Below are positions 39,484 through 54,362 of a stretch of 64,000 bases of DNA, one piece after another. Position 1 is the first letter of the stretch. Each line of letters begins with the position of its first letter. The notes beneath the pieces are model-generated. The model searched no databases, had not been told where the DNA came from, and was given only the letters and a program-made list of their open reading frames with translations. Source of the DNA: Chiloscyllium plagiosum (lineage: Eukaryota); NCBI RefSeq assembly GCF_004010195.1, contig NC_057749.1, forward strand, positions 19,089,538 through 19,153,537, read 5' to 3'. The position numbers and the translations under genes are program-made.

Positions 39484-39760
39484 TGATTAGATTCCCTACA
39501 GTATAGAAACAAGTCCACACCAACCCTCTGAAGAGCAACCCACCCCGACCCATTCCCCTACACTTGACACGATGGACAATTTATAATGGCCAGTTCACCT
39601 AACCTGCACATCTTTGGACTGTGGGAGGAAACCAGAGCACCTGGAGGAAACCCACACAGACACAGAATGTGCAAACTCCACACGTAGTTGCCCAAGGCAG
39701 GAATTGAACACAGGTCTCTGGTATTGTGAGGCACCAGTGCTAACCACTGTGCTGCCCATG
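39484..39760 (-). mobile_element. HE1-type SINE with internal deletions
   Basis: Reverse complement of the HE1 core; a more eroded copy lies at 40310-40460 and a partial copy at 45262-45450. Confidence 0.8.
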
Positions 39761-41734
39761 GGTGGCACCCTTGTCCTAGGGTGGTGTTGGGCTCATGTTA
39801 GAGTTGCACTCATTCTGCAAGAACAGGACAAAAATCCACAGGGTCCAGTCCCTCAAGCACAGTAGCTACCCTAGAACCTCAAGTATTCCATTATACTCCT
39901 GTCTTGTGCCTCAAGGACAGGTGGAGAGTTCCTCATTACAGAATTTCCAGCCTCTAGTGTGCTCTGGTTGAGTAATATGGCTAATTCAGTTTGTGTTAAA
40001 TTGTAGGAAGTTAGCATTTAGCACTTATCACCAAACCTGAATTTTATCCTGGTCTCAGTTGTAGATACTGACTCCTTTAGAATCTATATAGTCCTGAAAA
40101 CTTGTGAAATCAAACTTCTCCACTTCCACCCTTAAAATAGAAAGAAATCTTGAAGTGGTTAAAGATATTCAGGCTTATGATACTGTCCTCAGGAACCCCT
40201 ACAAATGATATTGTGGGGTGGAGTTAAACACATCTTAACTTCTGTTGGATGGCATTGTGGTGCCCATTGGTCCTGGAATGGGGGGGGGGAAAAACAGTGA
40301 ATAATCACCATCCTACACATCCCAGGACACTGGGGTAATTTAGCATGGCCAAGCCACCTGACCTACACATCTTTGCACTGTGGGAGGAAACTGAAGCACC
40401 CAGAGAGCATGTGCCAACTCCAGTTGCTGGAGGTAGCAGTGCTAACCACTGAGCCACTGCACTCAGCCAGGACTGGCCGCTTCATAGCACTGACTGCATT
40501 GTTGTATGGGATACTTCCATGTGGTGTTAAATCAAGGCCTCAAATATTTCATACAAGATGTTTGAAAATATTTGTACCATTAAGACAAATTCACTGATTT
40601 GATTAGTTTGTAGAATTCTTGAGTAGAAAGTGCTATTAGATGACTTTTGAAGTCCACACCATTAATCTAAAACTAGGCAGATTTCTAGGATGAGGGAATT
40701 ATTGGGAGAGATTAGGGTTAGATCTGTATCCATTGGAGTTTGAATGAATGGGGGTTCTCTTATTGAAAGATTCTCAGAAGACCTTAAAAAGGTGGGTATA
40801 TACTGGATGTTTCCTTGTGAAAGTAGAATAGGGGTCACTTTAAAACAAGGCACTCTTGTTCAGTCAAAAGGCAGTCCACCACTACCTTCACTGCAATTCA
40901 GGACGAGCAGCAAAATGTGGCCAAGCTAGGAATTCCATCTCATGGAATTTTAATATTCTTGTTTAGCACCTTGTCAGCCAAGTCACTGGCTCAAGTAACA
41001 TCAGCACTCCCACCATGTTGAGAATTTGAAGTGTAGCTTTGTGCTAAAGCTAAGCCTAAAGTCTGATCTTCTAAAGCCAAGATCCTGCATTTCAGAGACC
41101 GTGTCCAACATCCTGTCCACACATCATTGGCATCAGGAAAGCGTCCTGTTGCTTTGTGAAAAGGCGATCACCTAATACATTGGACCTCCCACCTGTACAA
41201 GACTAGTCACTGACCATCTTTGACAGATTGAGGGACTAACTAGGTAAGAATTTTTGCTTTGTTTTCTTCCCCGCTCCCCAGGCTTTAAGTTTATGTATTG
41301 CTTTGTTGTTGATCAGATTACTTTTTTCCTCCCTCATGTCTCAGGCTGGTTCCCCTGTAACATCACTGCCTGTTATGTCCATCTCAAATCCCACCCTAGT
41401 ACTCAACCACTAAAGTCAGTCTGAAAGTGGAGATCTTGCTTTCTCACCTGGCTCAATTGAGCTGTCTGGTTTCTATGTACAGGTCCACAGACTATCCAAG
41501 TCAAAACATTCATCTATAATCAGATTGCAGCCATCTGGTCCTTTTGCACAGGCCATCATTTCCCAAGTCCACTTTAGTGGAATTACCCATGATTCCACTT
41601 CAAACCCTGCCCCATGTAGCTCCAATATTTCTTGGCTCTTTTGCGGATTCAGGATTGTTTATTACTTGTACACTTGAATTTCAAAATTCAGTGACCTGTC
41701 TATCACAAGCCCATGTAGTCTGGCTATTTGCCTC

Positions 41735-43520
41735 AGATGTACAGCATGGAAATAGACTTCAGTTTAACTTGTCCATGCTATATGATAAATTAGTCCCATT
41801 TGCCAGCACTTGACCCATATCCCTCAACCCTTCCTATACCCATCTAAATGGGTATTAAGTGCTGTAATTGTACCAGCCTGCACTTCCTCTGGCAGCTCAT
41901 TCCATACACGCACCACCCTCTGCATGAAAATGTTGCCTCTTAAAATGAACCCAAGAATCTTTCCCCTTATCCTTAACTCATGGCCTCTAGTTTTGAATTG
42001 CCCTACTGTGCCTCATGATTTTGTAAACCTAAGTCACCCTTCAGTCTCACCTCACACCAAGGAAAATAGGCCCAGTCTATTCAGACTCCCTACAGCTTGG
42101 GCCCTCTAACCCTGTCAACATCTTTGTCAAATCTTTTCTGAACCCTTTCACATTCCACAACATCCTTTAACTGGGAGACCAGAATTGGACAGTATTCCAA
42201 AAGTGGCCTAACTAGTGTTCTGTACAGCTGCAACATGACTGCTCAACTCATGTCAATACTTTAACAAGGCATACTAAACACCTTCACTGCCTACCTGTGA
42301 CTCCACTTTCAAGTAACTATGAACCTGCATTCCAAGCTCTTTGTTCAGCAACACTCCCTAGGACCTTAAAGTGTCTAAGTCCTGTCTTGATGTGCCTTTC
42401 AAGGCAGCACCTCAATTTAGCTAAACTCCATCTGCCACTCCTCCACCCATTGGAGCATCTGATCAAGGTCCTATTGTACTGAGGTAGCCTTCCTTGCTGT
42501 CCACTACTCCAATTTTGGAGTCATCTGCAAACTTACTAACTATACCTTCTATGTTCACAAAGTCAGACAATTGACCAAAAAAGTGGACCCAGCACTGATC
42601 CTTATGACACCGTGGGTGGCACAGTGGCACAGTGGTTAGCACTGCTGCCTCACAGCACCAGAGACCCGGGTTCAATTCCCGACTCAGGCGACTGACTGTG
42701 TGGAGTTTGCACATTCTCCCCGTGTCTGTGTGGGTTTCCTCCGGGTGCTCCGGTTTCCTCCCACAGTCCAAAGATGTGCAGGTCAGGTGAATTGGCCATA
42801 CTAAATTGCCTGTAGTGTTAGGTAAGGGGTAAATGTAGGGGTATGGGTGGGTTTCGCTTTGGCGGGTCGGTGTGGACTTGTTGGGCCAAAGGGCCTGTTT
42901 CCACACTAATGTAATCTAATCTAATTAACACTAGTCACAGGCCTCTAGTCTGAAAAGCAACCTGCCACCACTGTCTATCTTGAGCCAGTTCTGTATTTAA
43001 ATAACAAGTTCTCCCTGTATTCCATGTTATTTAAGTCATTAACTGGTCTACTATGAGGAACCTTGAATGCCTATTGAAGTCCACAGATCATATCCACTCC
43101 TCTGCCCTAAATTATGTTACTGAAGAAATAAAGTTGGAGAGAATTTCCCCACAAAGCCATGTTGACTATCCCCAAGTCAGTCTGTGCCTTTTGAAAAAAG
43201 GTGGAAATCCTATCCCTGAATTCCCTTCAACTTGTTCACCATGTCAGACTCAGTCTACAGTTCCCTAGCTTTTCCTTACCACTGAAGTGATACCATATTA
43301 GCCAGCCTCCAGTCTTTTGGTGCCTCACCTGTAGCAAATGATACAAAGATCTCCATCAGGGGCCAGCAATCACTTCCCACACAGTTGGAGTACACTTGAT
43401 CAGGTCCCAGGGATTTATCCACCTTAAGTGGAAGCATCCAGCACCTCTAATAATGGTGGTTTTTCAAAATTTTGCTCAATTTCCCCATGTTCTCTTCCAT
43501 ATCCTTCTCCACAGTAAGGA
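41735..43520 (-). mobile_element. CR1 LINE 3' half with many small deletions
   Basis: Collinear with the copies at 18600-19300 and 2046-3350 (for example GIVSKFADDSKIG) but shorter; carries an HE1 insertion. Confidence 0.85.
42612..42925 (+). mobile_element. Young intact HE1-type SINE
   Basis: A box TGGCACAGTGG, B box GGTTCAATTCC, full core, (TAATC)n tail, CpGs retained. Confidence 0.92.
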
Positions 43521-46500
43521 CTAAACCAAATAAAATAATTACTACCCTCATGTTTAAAAAAAAGGGTAGATGAACCAGAACATCAGGAAGATCCAGGCAA
43601 AAACAGCTTCAATCCCATTCAGAATTACAGCTAAACTAACCTACAAGCAGGGTGTTTTTGTCTGGCTGTTACTTTTGTGTCTTCCTATCATATTTGAAAC
43701 TTTATTTGCCTGCATTTTGCCTCATTACTATGAAAGAAATCTGATCGCTCATCCATTACCTCTATCAAAAAAAGTTACCACACTTGCTGGCTACCTGGTT
43801 CTTGCTTGGTGGCAAAAACAAGTGGACATTTACTCAAGTTAGTGTCAATTCAGATACAAGCCCAATGGTGAAACAGAACTATCCTTTCCTTGTTCAGAAT
43901 TCGATAGTCACAACTTATCCCACAATATTTTAAAATCAGCTTGTTCAAACACCTGTGGCAGATGCGACTTGAACCAAAGACCCAGAAGTAGCAAGACTAT
44001 TGTGTTCAAGGACTACATATGCAACTTTAAAATGTTTTGACAAAGCTTGGAGCACAGGACTTGAATTGGGACCTGGATCTTCTGACCCAGAGACAAACAC
44101 TACCAGTGTTCCAAAAGAGCTAAACCATCCAGAGTGCAGTGAGCAAAATTTAAAATTTTACTCCTTGTTACGCATTCCTCTGTAGTTCCAACCCATTTCA
44201 TCTGTGCAGCCTCATGCTCCTTCAAATCTGTGTCACTTACCCCTTTAAAAAAGGAAAATATTTTCCCTAATTGGAGTTCTCCCTTACCCTCTGTTGCAGA
44301 AAGGGTCTTGCAAGACTGAGGGATCAATATTTGCTCCACACCTTCCCTTTCCTACATTCAAAGGAAATGGATACAGATTGTGGTTGGTTTTTAACCCAAG
44401 GAGGTACCAATGCTAGGCTCCTCTAACCAGCAAGAGCTTATGCCAGATTGAACACCAGGTCCTCTTGCAAAGATGTCATTCCACATTAAAATACAGGTCA
44501 GAGAAGTGACAGCCAAGTTCAGATACCAACAAAAGCAATACTTTCCATCTTTCTCTCCATTAGATTTCAAATGGAAAGTTTCAGTAACATTTAGTAGAAA
44601 CTAACTCCTCTGGGGAAGTGTTTGAAAATGCCCACATCAGGATCAAAGTCTCTTACACTCACCTGCAAGAACCCCTCAGGTGATATGCTGGGGCTTTATT
44701 TCCATTCACTCAGACTGAAAATACTTGCATTTGGGCACTTGGGGGTCAGTATTAATGTGAGGCTATAATTGAGTGTACTGTATTGCAATTAGGCTGATTT
44801 CTGAAGTGAATGCTGATTCTCCTGCAAGTGGTGGGAGCTCAGATATCAAATCTGACTGCAGACTATTTCTACAATGGCCATTTTCTGCATGGAAATTTGT
44901 GCAATAGCACAACATCTGAATTACTACTGCATCCAATCAATTATGAAAACATGGCTTCCAAGTAGCTTGTGGGTGCTTGTGTGCACAAATTAGTAGTGAA
45001 AGAAAGATTAAAGATGTTGTTGACTCAAGTTCTTGGGACATGCTGGAGGTCATAAGCAGTCTTTTCTTACACAATCTCAGTCAGTGCTGAATTTCCAGGA
45101 GAGCAAAATCAATGCAGCTCCACAGCTGTGATAGTGACTGGATAGGATTACAAGAAGGGAAACATTTAGATTGCTTCTGTAGATAGAGCAGTCATTCTAG
45201 ATACAAGTATTAGAAAACATTCAGCATCCTGGACCAGCCCAAGTCTGTCAGCAATACTTTCAATAGAATCCCTATAGTTTGGAAACAGGCCATTTGGCCC
45301 AACAAGTCCACACTAACCCTCTGAAAAGTCTCCCACCCAGACCCATTCCCCTACATTTACCCCTGACTCATGCACCTAACCTACACATCCATGGACACTA
45401 TGGGCAATTTAGCATGGCCAATTCACCCGAACCTGCACATCTTTGGAATGAGTCAGTGATGAGAAAGTTGAGAAAATCCAATTCAGTTTTCCCTTGGACA
45501 CACCAAACCCTTTAGTTACCAACCTGGCTGGAACAGCCAAAACCACTTGTTAAGGGCAATAGGAATACCAACCACTAGTTACCTTCTAGGTCATCCCATC
45601 CTGACATGGGTATAAAATGCCATGTTATCACCTTCACCACAGACTGATCTTAAGCAAGCAGCCAATCACCATCAAGGTGAAGTCATGATGGACAACTTTG
45701 GTAACGATGTCCTCATCCTTACCTGTATTTTTAGAAGCTCTCGATAGAACCCCATCTGAAAACTGGTGGCTTTCCTCTGGCTGCACTGCCAACATCAGTC
45801 TCTACCTCAAATACACTGTTGACACATCTGTTCATTTAGATTTGCTGACTCTCAAACTTGATACTTGCATCTAAACAGGAACACAAGTGAACAGGTTTTT
45901 TATGGAGGCAGACCCAAAGTGCAGCTTGTTCTGGAGCAAGAGTCTTACAAAAGAGTGCCCACCAGCCATTCAGCTTTAATGTCCTGTGAGATAAATCTAC
46001 AGGAAATGTTTCCAGTGCTTCAGTGATACATGAACAAAAACTGCCTGTTTGAAAAAGAGTACATCAGCTTTCGAAGCTGTTCAGGATAATAAGTGGGAAG
46101 CAACTTTTCCAGACAAAAAAAAAAAGAGGGGCAGTAGAAACCAACCATTATCCCTGAAAACTATAGATCACTTTTTTGAATTAAGGCATGTAGGTAAGGG
46201 ATATAGATCAGTTAAGATGCAGACTGCTCAAATTGAAGTCTGGGACATTTTAAAGTGCAATGGGTGGGGTAAGGGAAGTGGAAATCCATTCACTTTGATT
46301 TTACCAATTTAAGTCTGCTGCACATTGTACTTCTGGGTCACCTTGTAGCAAGATTTAGATTTGATGAAAATAAAAAAAGGGGGCTGATTTGAGTATTGCA
46401 TCTTGACTTGGCATTCAGTGCCAAGTGGCATTATCTTGCTGGCTTCTTCACAAATTGCCTGCTTTCCTTAGCAGGGCAACAACAGGCTCCCACATAACAG

Positions 46501-47126
46501 CTTCTTGTCCCTAGCACCAGACGGGCAGCTCCCATCTCCCAGAGGGTGCTTTGTGTCCTTTAACTGGGCACCAAACTCATTTGGCCAATTAGGGTATTAA
46601 CATTTGACTGTAACTTTGTCTGAACAATGTAGTTTAGATGCAGGGTTGTGGCCAGGAAATAAAATTGGAAACATGTCATAAGGTTAAGAGTACACATTCA
46701 AGGGATCATTGGCAAAACTAAACTGAGGTGACTGCTTTGAGGAGCAACTTCTGGCCACAGGAATAACCCTGACCCCCAGTTGCTTGCCATTAAGGCTTTA
46801 CAATCTTGTTTCTCTTTAGTTTGCTCTTAGAGGACCCATTCTCCCCTTTAAAAAAAACTTAATTCACATCCATTTTATAATCTCATTCACCATTATCAAG
46901 CCCTGTATCTTTTGCACTGGACCTCTTCCATCTGTTACCTTGTTCCTCTGCTGCTTGAAAAACTAGTCACTCGAGAACAGTTCTGAAGAGTCAGACTAGA
47001 CTCCATGTTTAGTGTTTTCCCTACAGACACTGCCAGAATTACTCCAGCATTGTTACAAAGAATATTCTCATTTTCTGCTGAATACATCTCCCCATCAACA
47101 TTCCAAAGACCTCGTTCCCTCCATAA

Positions 47127-47346
47127 CCAGGGCTGGATTAGTGGTGCTGGAAAAGCACAGCAGTTCAGGCAGCACCTGAGGAGCAGTAAAAAAACCAGAC
47201 ATTTCAGGCAAAAGCCCATTCCTGATGAAGGGGTTTTGCCTGAAATGTCAATTTTATTGCTCCTCAGATGCTGCCTCAACTGCGTGCTTTTCCAGCACCA
47301 CTAATCCAGAATCTGGTTTCCAGCATCTGCAGTCATTGTTTTTACT
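47127..47346. mobile_element. Fold-back PLE insertion (family A)
   Basis: Inverted arms around 47220; CTGATGAAGGGTTTTGCCTGAAA core; short TSD TCCATAA at about 47120 and 47347. Confidence 0.8.
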
Positions 47347-50300
47347 TCCATAAAAAAGGGGGAAATTCTCAGCACTCAACTCATCCCTTCCCACAGGATC
47401 TGGTCACACAGTTACAAAGGATGCAATATTTGCATTTTCACGATCTAGAAATGGTTTCTAGATGAAATGATTTACTTCTGACATTATTACACTTGTGTTG
47501 CTTGAAGACCATATGCACATTGTTTTGTAAAGCACCTTGAGTCATCTACTTAGTCCACAAACATACCAGATTTTCAACTGTTGCCTTTTACTTCAGCACC
47601 TCACAAAAAAGTGTTCCAGTAATTCAGGGAAACAAGGTAGAGGTGCAGCACCTCATTCCAATTAGGCACTTTACAGCCTTAAGAAATCAGCGTTGAGTTT
47701 TGTTGTTTGAGTGATGAAAGAATGCTCAAGAGGCTTTAGGAGAGTCAGGTATTTGAAATTTATGGAGAGAGGGGAGATTACTGAAAGGGTGAGGGATTCG
47801 AAAATACCAATTTAAAAAACATTAATGTTTGAGAGCTGATGAGAGTCTTTAGTTAAAACGGCTTAGAACAAGTTTTGCCCTTCCAAATCAAGCTCATCTA
47901 TTACATGAGCTGTAGAATCAGGGTCTGAATTGGTTAAATCCTTCTAATCTTCAGGAAAGGAGTTAGCTGCAATTGGAATCTTGCAAGTGACAGCATGGCT
48001 CAGCAGAGTCAGTCATACAGCAAGGAAACAGTCCCTTCAGTCCAACTTGTCCATGCTAACTAGCTATTTTAAGTTAATCTAGTCCCACTTGCCAGCATTT
48101 GGCTTATCTCTCCAAACGCTCATTCATATACACATCCAGATGGCTTTTAAGTGTTCTAATTTTACCAACTAGAAGTGGATGCTGGGACCATTCTTGCTCC
48201 AGTTAAAAGTTTTGGGTTCAAGTGTCACTTCATAATCAAACCTGGTAACTATAGGATGTTCAAGTAGACCAAGTAGTATCATTAGAAATTCTCTAGGTGT
48301 ACTAGCTCATATTTATCCATTCAACAGAAATTACTTCTGCTGTTCTTGCCTGAGCAAATCAAGGCAACAGCTGCCAGATTGCAGGATGTGGTTACAACTG
48401 CACTTTATAATTGGCTACTTAGAACAAGATCTAGGTTGGAGTAATAGTAGACAATTCAGTCCCTTTAGCCTGCTCTACATACTCGTGTACTTCCATCCTG
48501 CTTCTTAAAAGGCAGACTTGAAAGTTATTTCTTGCACTTGCCAAGTCTATTTAAGAGAACTTCAGGATAACCCTATGTTGCCTTTCACATTCTTCTGTTC
48601 AACTCATCAACAAGCATTCTTAGTAGAAAAAACTGGTCATCTAATTTCAGGACTGTCAACAAGGACAGTTAATTTTCATGTGATGCTAAAACACTTAAAT
48701 TCATAGCTTTGGGAGATTAGTTTCATAACTTTGTTGACAGAGTATTCCTTGTATTTTTTCCCCACTTCTCAAGTAACATGTCCAGGGACCTCAGGGGCAG
48801 TAACCTGGGTCTCCTAACTCAGGTAGGGATATGACCACTGGAAACTCTAAGCCTGCCAAGCCCCAACATGTAATGTTGAATGAAACATTTGACATTCTGA
48901 TGGATCATTCATTTTATCCCTTCAGTCTCATTCTGAAGTGAGATATTTAAATGGCTGTTTATACACGATTAGTTGGCACATTGACTTGTTGCTGAGTTTA
49001 TTCTGCATTTCAATTATTCTGGTCTGTAACCATGTGTAAAGGCTTTTAAATTTTATACTCTTGACTCCAAGGGAACATAAGGTAACTAGCCAGTTGTTGA
49101 CCAAGTTTGAGGCACAGCAAGTGTAAAGATAGGTTGTCAGCTCAATTTTTGTTTTGTCAATTTCTTACCTACTCATTTTTCTTCACCCCTCCCAAAAATT
49201 GTCCATCTTAAAAGGGGACAAGGTCATGGAATGCAAAAGGCATTGCAGTGTCTAAGCTCCAGACAGCATCTTTAACAGAGTGCAAGCAGATGTTCAGCCC
49301 TTGGATCCTTCTGCTGGATGGAGACAGCTGGCCAGTAGACAGTGCCTTGTCTCAGCAGGTCACAGACAGGCTGTTCAGTGGATAGTCTTAAACTTTCATC
49401 TGTATAGCAAGTTTCACAATATTCACAGGAGTATTATTAAAATTGACAAAATCTAATTTTCCCCTGTATGGCTCAAAGTATTGGAGAAATGCAGCAGGTC
49501 TGGCAGTTTTAGAGTGAAAGGATAATTTTAGTCCAATATAGCTGCTGTGGCTGAAAGATATTGTTTCAGGTATTTGGCCAAATGGACAGGGATTTAAGCA
49601 TTATATCTTGATTTTTACTTTTGCAAAATAAAACATGGCTGTGACACTCAGACTTGATTGTTTTGGATCAATTAAACTGAAGTGTTTGAGCTGCAGCCAT
49701 TTAATCCAGTAATTCACTTGATGTGATCATGTAAACTTAGTTTGCATAATTGGTGTTCCCAACAGTGTTGTGGTTCAAGATAGGATTTGGCAGTGAGTTT
49801 GATCCTTTTCCTGCTCTAAGCAGGAATGGTTAATTTGGAAAGGTTTGCATAATTTTGGATATTAATTCTATGAAATAGAGTTAAGATTACAGCAGAGTTA
49901 ATGAAGCTCTCACTACTGGTATAGCATTAGATCTCAGCCAGTTAAGGTATTTAAGTAAACTAAAGAGTAGTTATGTTCATCTCCCACTCAAGTTGTGATC
50001 TTCTTGAAATGCACTCAGGGGGTTTCTTAATTTTTTTTAATGACTAGCTCATCTTTGCTAATAGACAGCCTATGTTAAAGGCTTGTCATCCTGACTGAAG
50101 CACTGCTGATACAGAATATAGGACCTGTACTGTTTTTCAGCCCTCCAGTGTTGTACTAACCTTTTATCCTAATCCAAGATGAAACTAACCTACATACTAC
50201 ATTTTGCAGTCACCCATGTGCCTAAGATAGACTTAAATGTCACTAATGTATCTGACTACCACTACTGGCAGTGCATGCCATGCACTCACCACTCATGGCA

Positions 50301-50599
50301 TGTTTAAAGTACAGTGGGCTGTCAGCCTCCAGTAGCCTGTTTCAATTGTGTTTCATAGATATTGGTTTTGCTATAGACATACTTAGCTACTCCATAGATA
50401 GTTTACTTATGCTTTGTAAGTGGTGGACAGACTTTAGGGAAATTAGGAATGGAATTACTTCATATTTCCCAGCCTCTGACCTGCTCCTTCGGAGGGTCAT
50501 GTATAACTGAAAGCAGGTGAAAGATTGATATTTTGATGTGGATAGAGTCACTAGGGGAGGATGAGGCATAAACTAAAAGCAGCTTTTAATAGAGAAGTG

Positions 50600-51815
50600 A
50601 GGATCTAAAAGGTACATGCATGGCTGAAGGCTCAGCTACTAAAAAACTGGGTGAAAAGAGATAGGGGAACATTTGGGAATTGACAAGATGTGCCAGGAGA
50701 CAACTGGGATATTAGGATAGTTTTAACATGGTCACTTGAGAAACAGATTAATGGCAGGTTGAGACAGGAAAGAAAACTCAAGAATGGGAGATGCTAACAC
50801 TCAAACAACAGTTGAGGAATAGCAAATGTATAGTTTGCAAATCTTGATTTATCACAGCAAGGATGTAGCCTTAGTCTAGAATGTGGGGGTTAAAGATCAA
50901 AATATTCCTTGCACCTGAGATATTAAAAGTCACCATGAATGTAGTGGATGCTGTGGTAAATTCAAGGATATTTTGATTCTGGAAGAATGCACTAGCAATT
51001 TTCCAGTCATCTTGTAACTCCTTTATTCACAAGGAAACATGAAAAAGGAAATCTGGCTAGTTAGCTTATCTTGTTATTGGGAGGAGATTATAGGGGATGT
51101 ATTAGACTATTTAGAAGAACAGTAATCAAGCAAAGTCAGTATGGCTTCAAGAGGAAGCCTGAAATTTTGGTAGTAAAAGAAAGAAGTGCATGCAATATTT
51201 GAATTCCAGGAGACATTTGATCATGTACCACACAGACTAAAGAGCCCATTTTGGAGGTAGATATTAGCATGGATAGAGAATTAGTTAACTCAAGAGCTTG
51301 GATAAAAGGAGCTTTTCAGGATAGCAACCTGTTACTAATTGTGTGCCACAGGGATCAGTGCTGGGCCATAACTATTTACAGCACAGATGGCTTTGAGGAA
51401 CATGTACTATGGACAATTTTGCAAGTTACAATAGGTGAAAGGCAAATGGTGAGGATGACAGTTTGTAGAGAGATTGAGATGTTAATTAGACTAACATTTG
51501 GCAAATGGAACAGTGTGGGGGAAAAGTAAGGTTTTGATCATGAAGAATCAAGGAGCCGAGTTTCATTTAAAGTGGAGAGACTGCACAAAGCTACAGCACA
51601 TGATTGTCCTCATGCATCATGAGGAGCATACGTGTTCAACATATAAAAGCTACATTTCACTACAGCAAGCAAACTCTAGTCATTAAATATATTCAGGACT
51701 AAGATAGATACTTAACCAGGAAGGAAAGTTATGGAAAGACAAGTGAAGTTGAGGATTATCAGATCAGCCAGGATCTCGGAACAGGAAAGCAGACTTTGCT
51801 TCCAAGTCTTATGGC
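50600..51815 (+). mobile_element. Heavily eroded CR1 LINE
   Basis: Residual motifs (TGTGCCACAGGGATCAGTGCTGGG; ATCAGATCAGCCA tail) in CR1 order but strongly compressed. Confidence 0.6.
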
Positions 51816-52248
51816 ATTTTAGGTATGTAGAAGCAGCAAGATAAATATGACTGTCACATTTAATTTCTGACTAAAATGGAAGGGAGTAAAGACATCTAAA
51901 CAATTTGAACTAGCAAGAGCAATTCCTGGGTCAGTGGCCTACCAATGGATTGCTTAATAATTAAATCTTTTACATTGCTAAAGAGAAGTTTGGGGTGAAG
52001 CTCTCAACACAAGTTAGAGGTAAGCATTTGTTTTCAGTAACTGGAAGACAGACTAAGTGTTTGCTCAGCATGATTGATTAAAGCAAGCCAAAGATTTATG
52101 GTGCCATTCATTTTCTGGGCCACATTGTCATTCCTCCAGATCCAATGCAGTCATTCCCTTAAGCTGCTATTTTCAGAGACACAAATCACACCTGTGGGTC
52201 CCAATTTTCCCCCATTAGTAAGAGTTAGACAATTACTCCATATCCCAG

Positions 52249-52452
52249 GAGAAAGTGAGGTCTGCAGATGCTGGAGATCAGAGCTGAAAATGTGTTGCTG
52301 GAACAGCGCAGGTCAGGCAGCATCCAGGGAACAGGAGAATCGACGTTTCGGGCATAAGCCCTTCATTCCTGAAGGGCTTATGCCTGAAACGTCGATTCTG
52401 CTGTTCCCTGGATGCTGCCTGACCTGCTGCGCTGTTCCAGCAACACATTTTC
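52249..52452. mobile_element. Young fold-back PLE insertion (family A)
   Basis: Near-perfect hairpin centred at about 52367; 15-bp TSD TACTCCATATCCCAG at 52234-52248 and 52453-52467. Confidence 0.92.
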
Positions 52453-54161
52453 TACTCCATATCCCAGCTTGGCAAGTTCACCATGAGGGGAGACTGTGCA
52501 AGTGCAAAGAGCTGTCAGTAAATACATCTGAAGTTGGGTTTTTGTACACATCCACAAAGAACTATGTCAGTTCTGTGCAAGTCTAAAATGTCCTGTCTGG
52601 CCTCTTCGGCAGGCCAGGCATTTCTACTGACTCCATGACATTAGGATCCAGGTGAAACTAAAAAGTCTCTTATCTGAAGAACTGGGGTGGGATGTAGGGG
52701 TTACACCTCCCTATCATCTAGATATTGCCAGTGTTGTCCCTACCATTTTCATTTTATCTTCAAGTTTGAAAATCTGAAACTGAAAAGAGTTTATCAAACA
52801 TAAAAGTTTTGGTATAAGGTCTTTCACACAGGGTCAAAGTATGCATGAATGGTCAAAATTCAAGTGGCAAGGAAATGATTTCTGCAGTAAGATAAAAAAG
52901 GTGTCACAAAAAGGTTATTGCAGAAAACAGCTCAGTGTTGAAGGTATAATATTAGCAAGACAAGTGGATTGGTAACTGAGCATGAAACATTTGCAATAGT
53001 GGGTGATTCAGGTTGCTGAATTAACCTTTGAGATTGAAGAACTCAAAGCCTATCACATTAGCAGCTCATTCTTTCACTAAATTCAACATCTTGAATTTGT
53101 GGATTTCTTCAAGACCTGTCCAAAGTCCTAACTCATGGCCGAGTTCTATTCTGGCAAGATAGAAATCAATATTCCATGTTCACTATTGACAGTGATTGTT
53201 AATACTTACAGAAAATCTCAAGACCAGAACCAGAATACTCTTAATATAACCCAAGGTTCTACACAAGTGGAACACTTACCCACTTTTGCATTCTATGAGT
53301 CAGCTCTCATACATTGTGGTTCTAGTAACATGTCACTACTACCTTTTAAAACTGTAAAAGGTGTCTTCCAGACCTTTGCTCCTTTACCACATTTGATTTT
53401 TTAATGTGCTAGTGGCCTCCTTCATCCTCCTTAAGAAAACTCACTTGCTATTTATCCACTTGCAAGCCAAATCAAGAATACTACCCTGACAGTACTTTGA
53501 GGCATGAGGACCAGTTGGATGACAAAAAAAGGAGTTTAGAAGAGGACAGCTAAGGGTTAAAGTTAGCAAAGTAGCAGTGGGATTGGGGAAAGGTAAAGTT
53601 AGTTTTGGATAAAGTTCCAAATAGGCAAGCTTTGGAGGGGGCATTTTACATGAGCCAATTTTTGACCCCAGCTCCAGATTTATGCTACTTGCATCTGGGC
53701 TCAGCCTCAGGCTTGGAGACTCTTGCTGTCCTATTTAATCAACTGGAGCTCTTGACTCTATTAACCTAATAAGGATGCTTATTTCACCTCCACCTGAGCT
53801 AATCATTCAATAACCTTTGCATTCTTTGGTTGTCTCTAGATTTAAGGTTCTATTGGCCCACTTCCCATCTTTATTAGGGAAGATGGAAAATATTGCTGCC
53901 TATCAAGCTTTCTCAGACTGGGATTAGAAATTGCTTCCTGAACAATTCAGATTTAAGACTGCACCCATGTTAAAAGCCCATATAATCAATTCACTGCTTA
54001 AATTTTAGTACAACAACCCAATTTGGCTTTGATCCTAACTCATGCCCTTATGCATACTCCTCCCTTCTCCAGGGGAACTGCCCAGGAGTCATATCTAAGC
54101 AACCATCAACTCCCATTTTAGGCTTCATACCAGCATTTAAAGATGTAAAAGTTCTAAAGTT

Positions 54162-54362
54162 TACCCCAGAAGGCAGTGGAGGCCCAGTCTCTGGATTCAT
54201 TTAAGAAAGAGTTGGATAGAGGTCTCAAGGATAGTGGAATCAAGGGTTATGGAGATAAGGCAGGAACAGGATACTGATTAAGGATGATCAGCCATGATCA
54301 TATTGAATGGTGGTGCAGGCTCGAAGGGCAGAATGGCCTACTCCTGCACCTATTGTCTATAG
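54162..54362 (+). mobile_element. Young CR1 3' end
   Basis: AGAAGGCAGTGGAGGCC...GATCAGCCATGATCATATTGAATGGTGGTGCAGGCTCGAAGGGCAGAATGGCCTACTCCTGC canonical tail. Confidence 0.85.

Noticed and set aside
42612..42690. Possible tRNA gene (A and B boxes)
   Set aside because: Continues directly into HE1 SINE body and tail.
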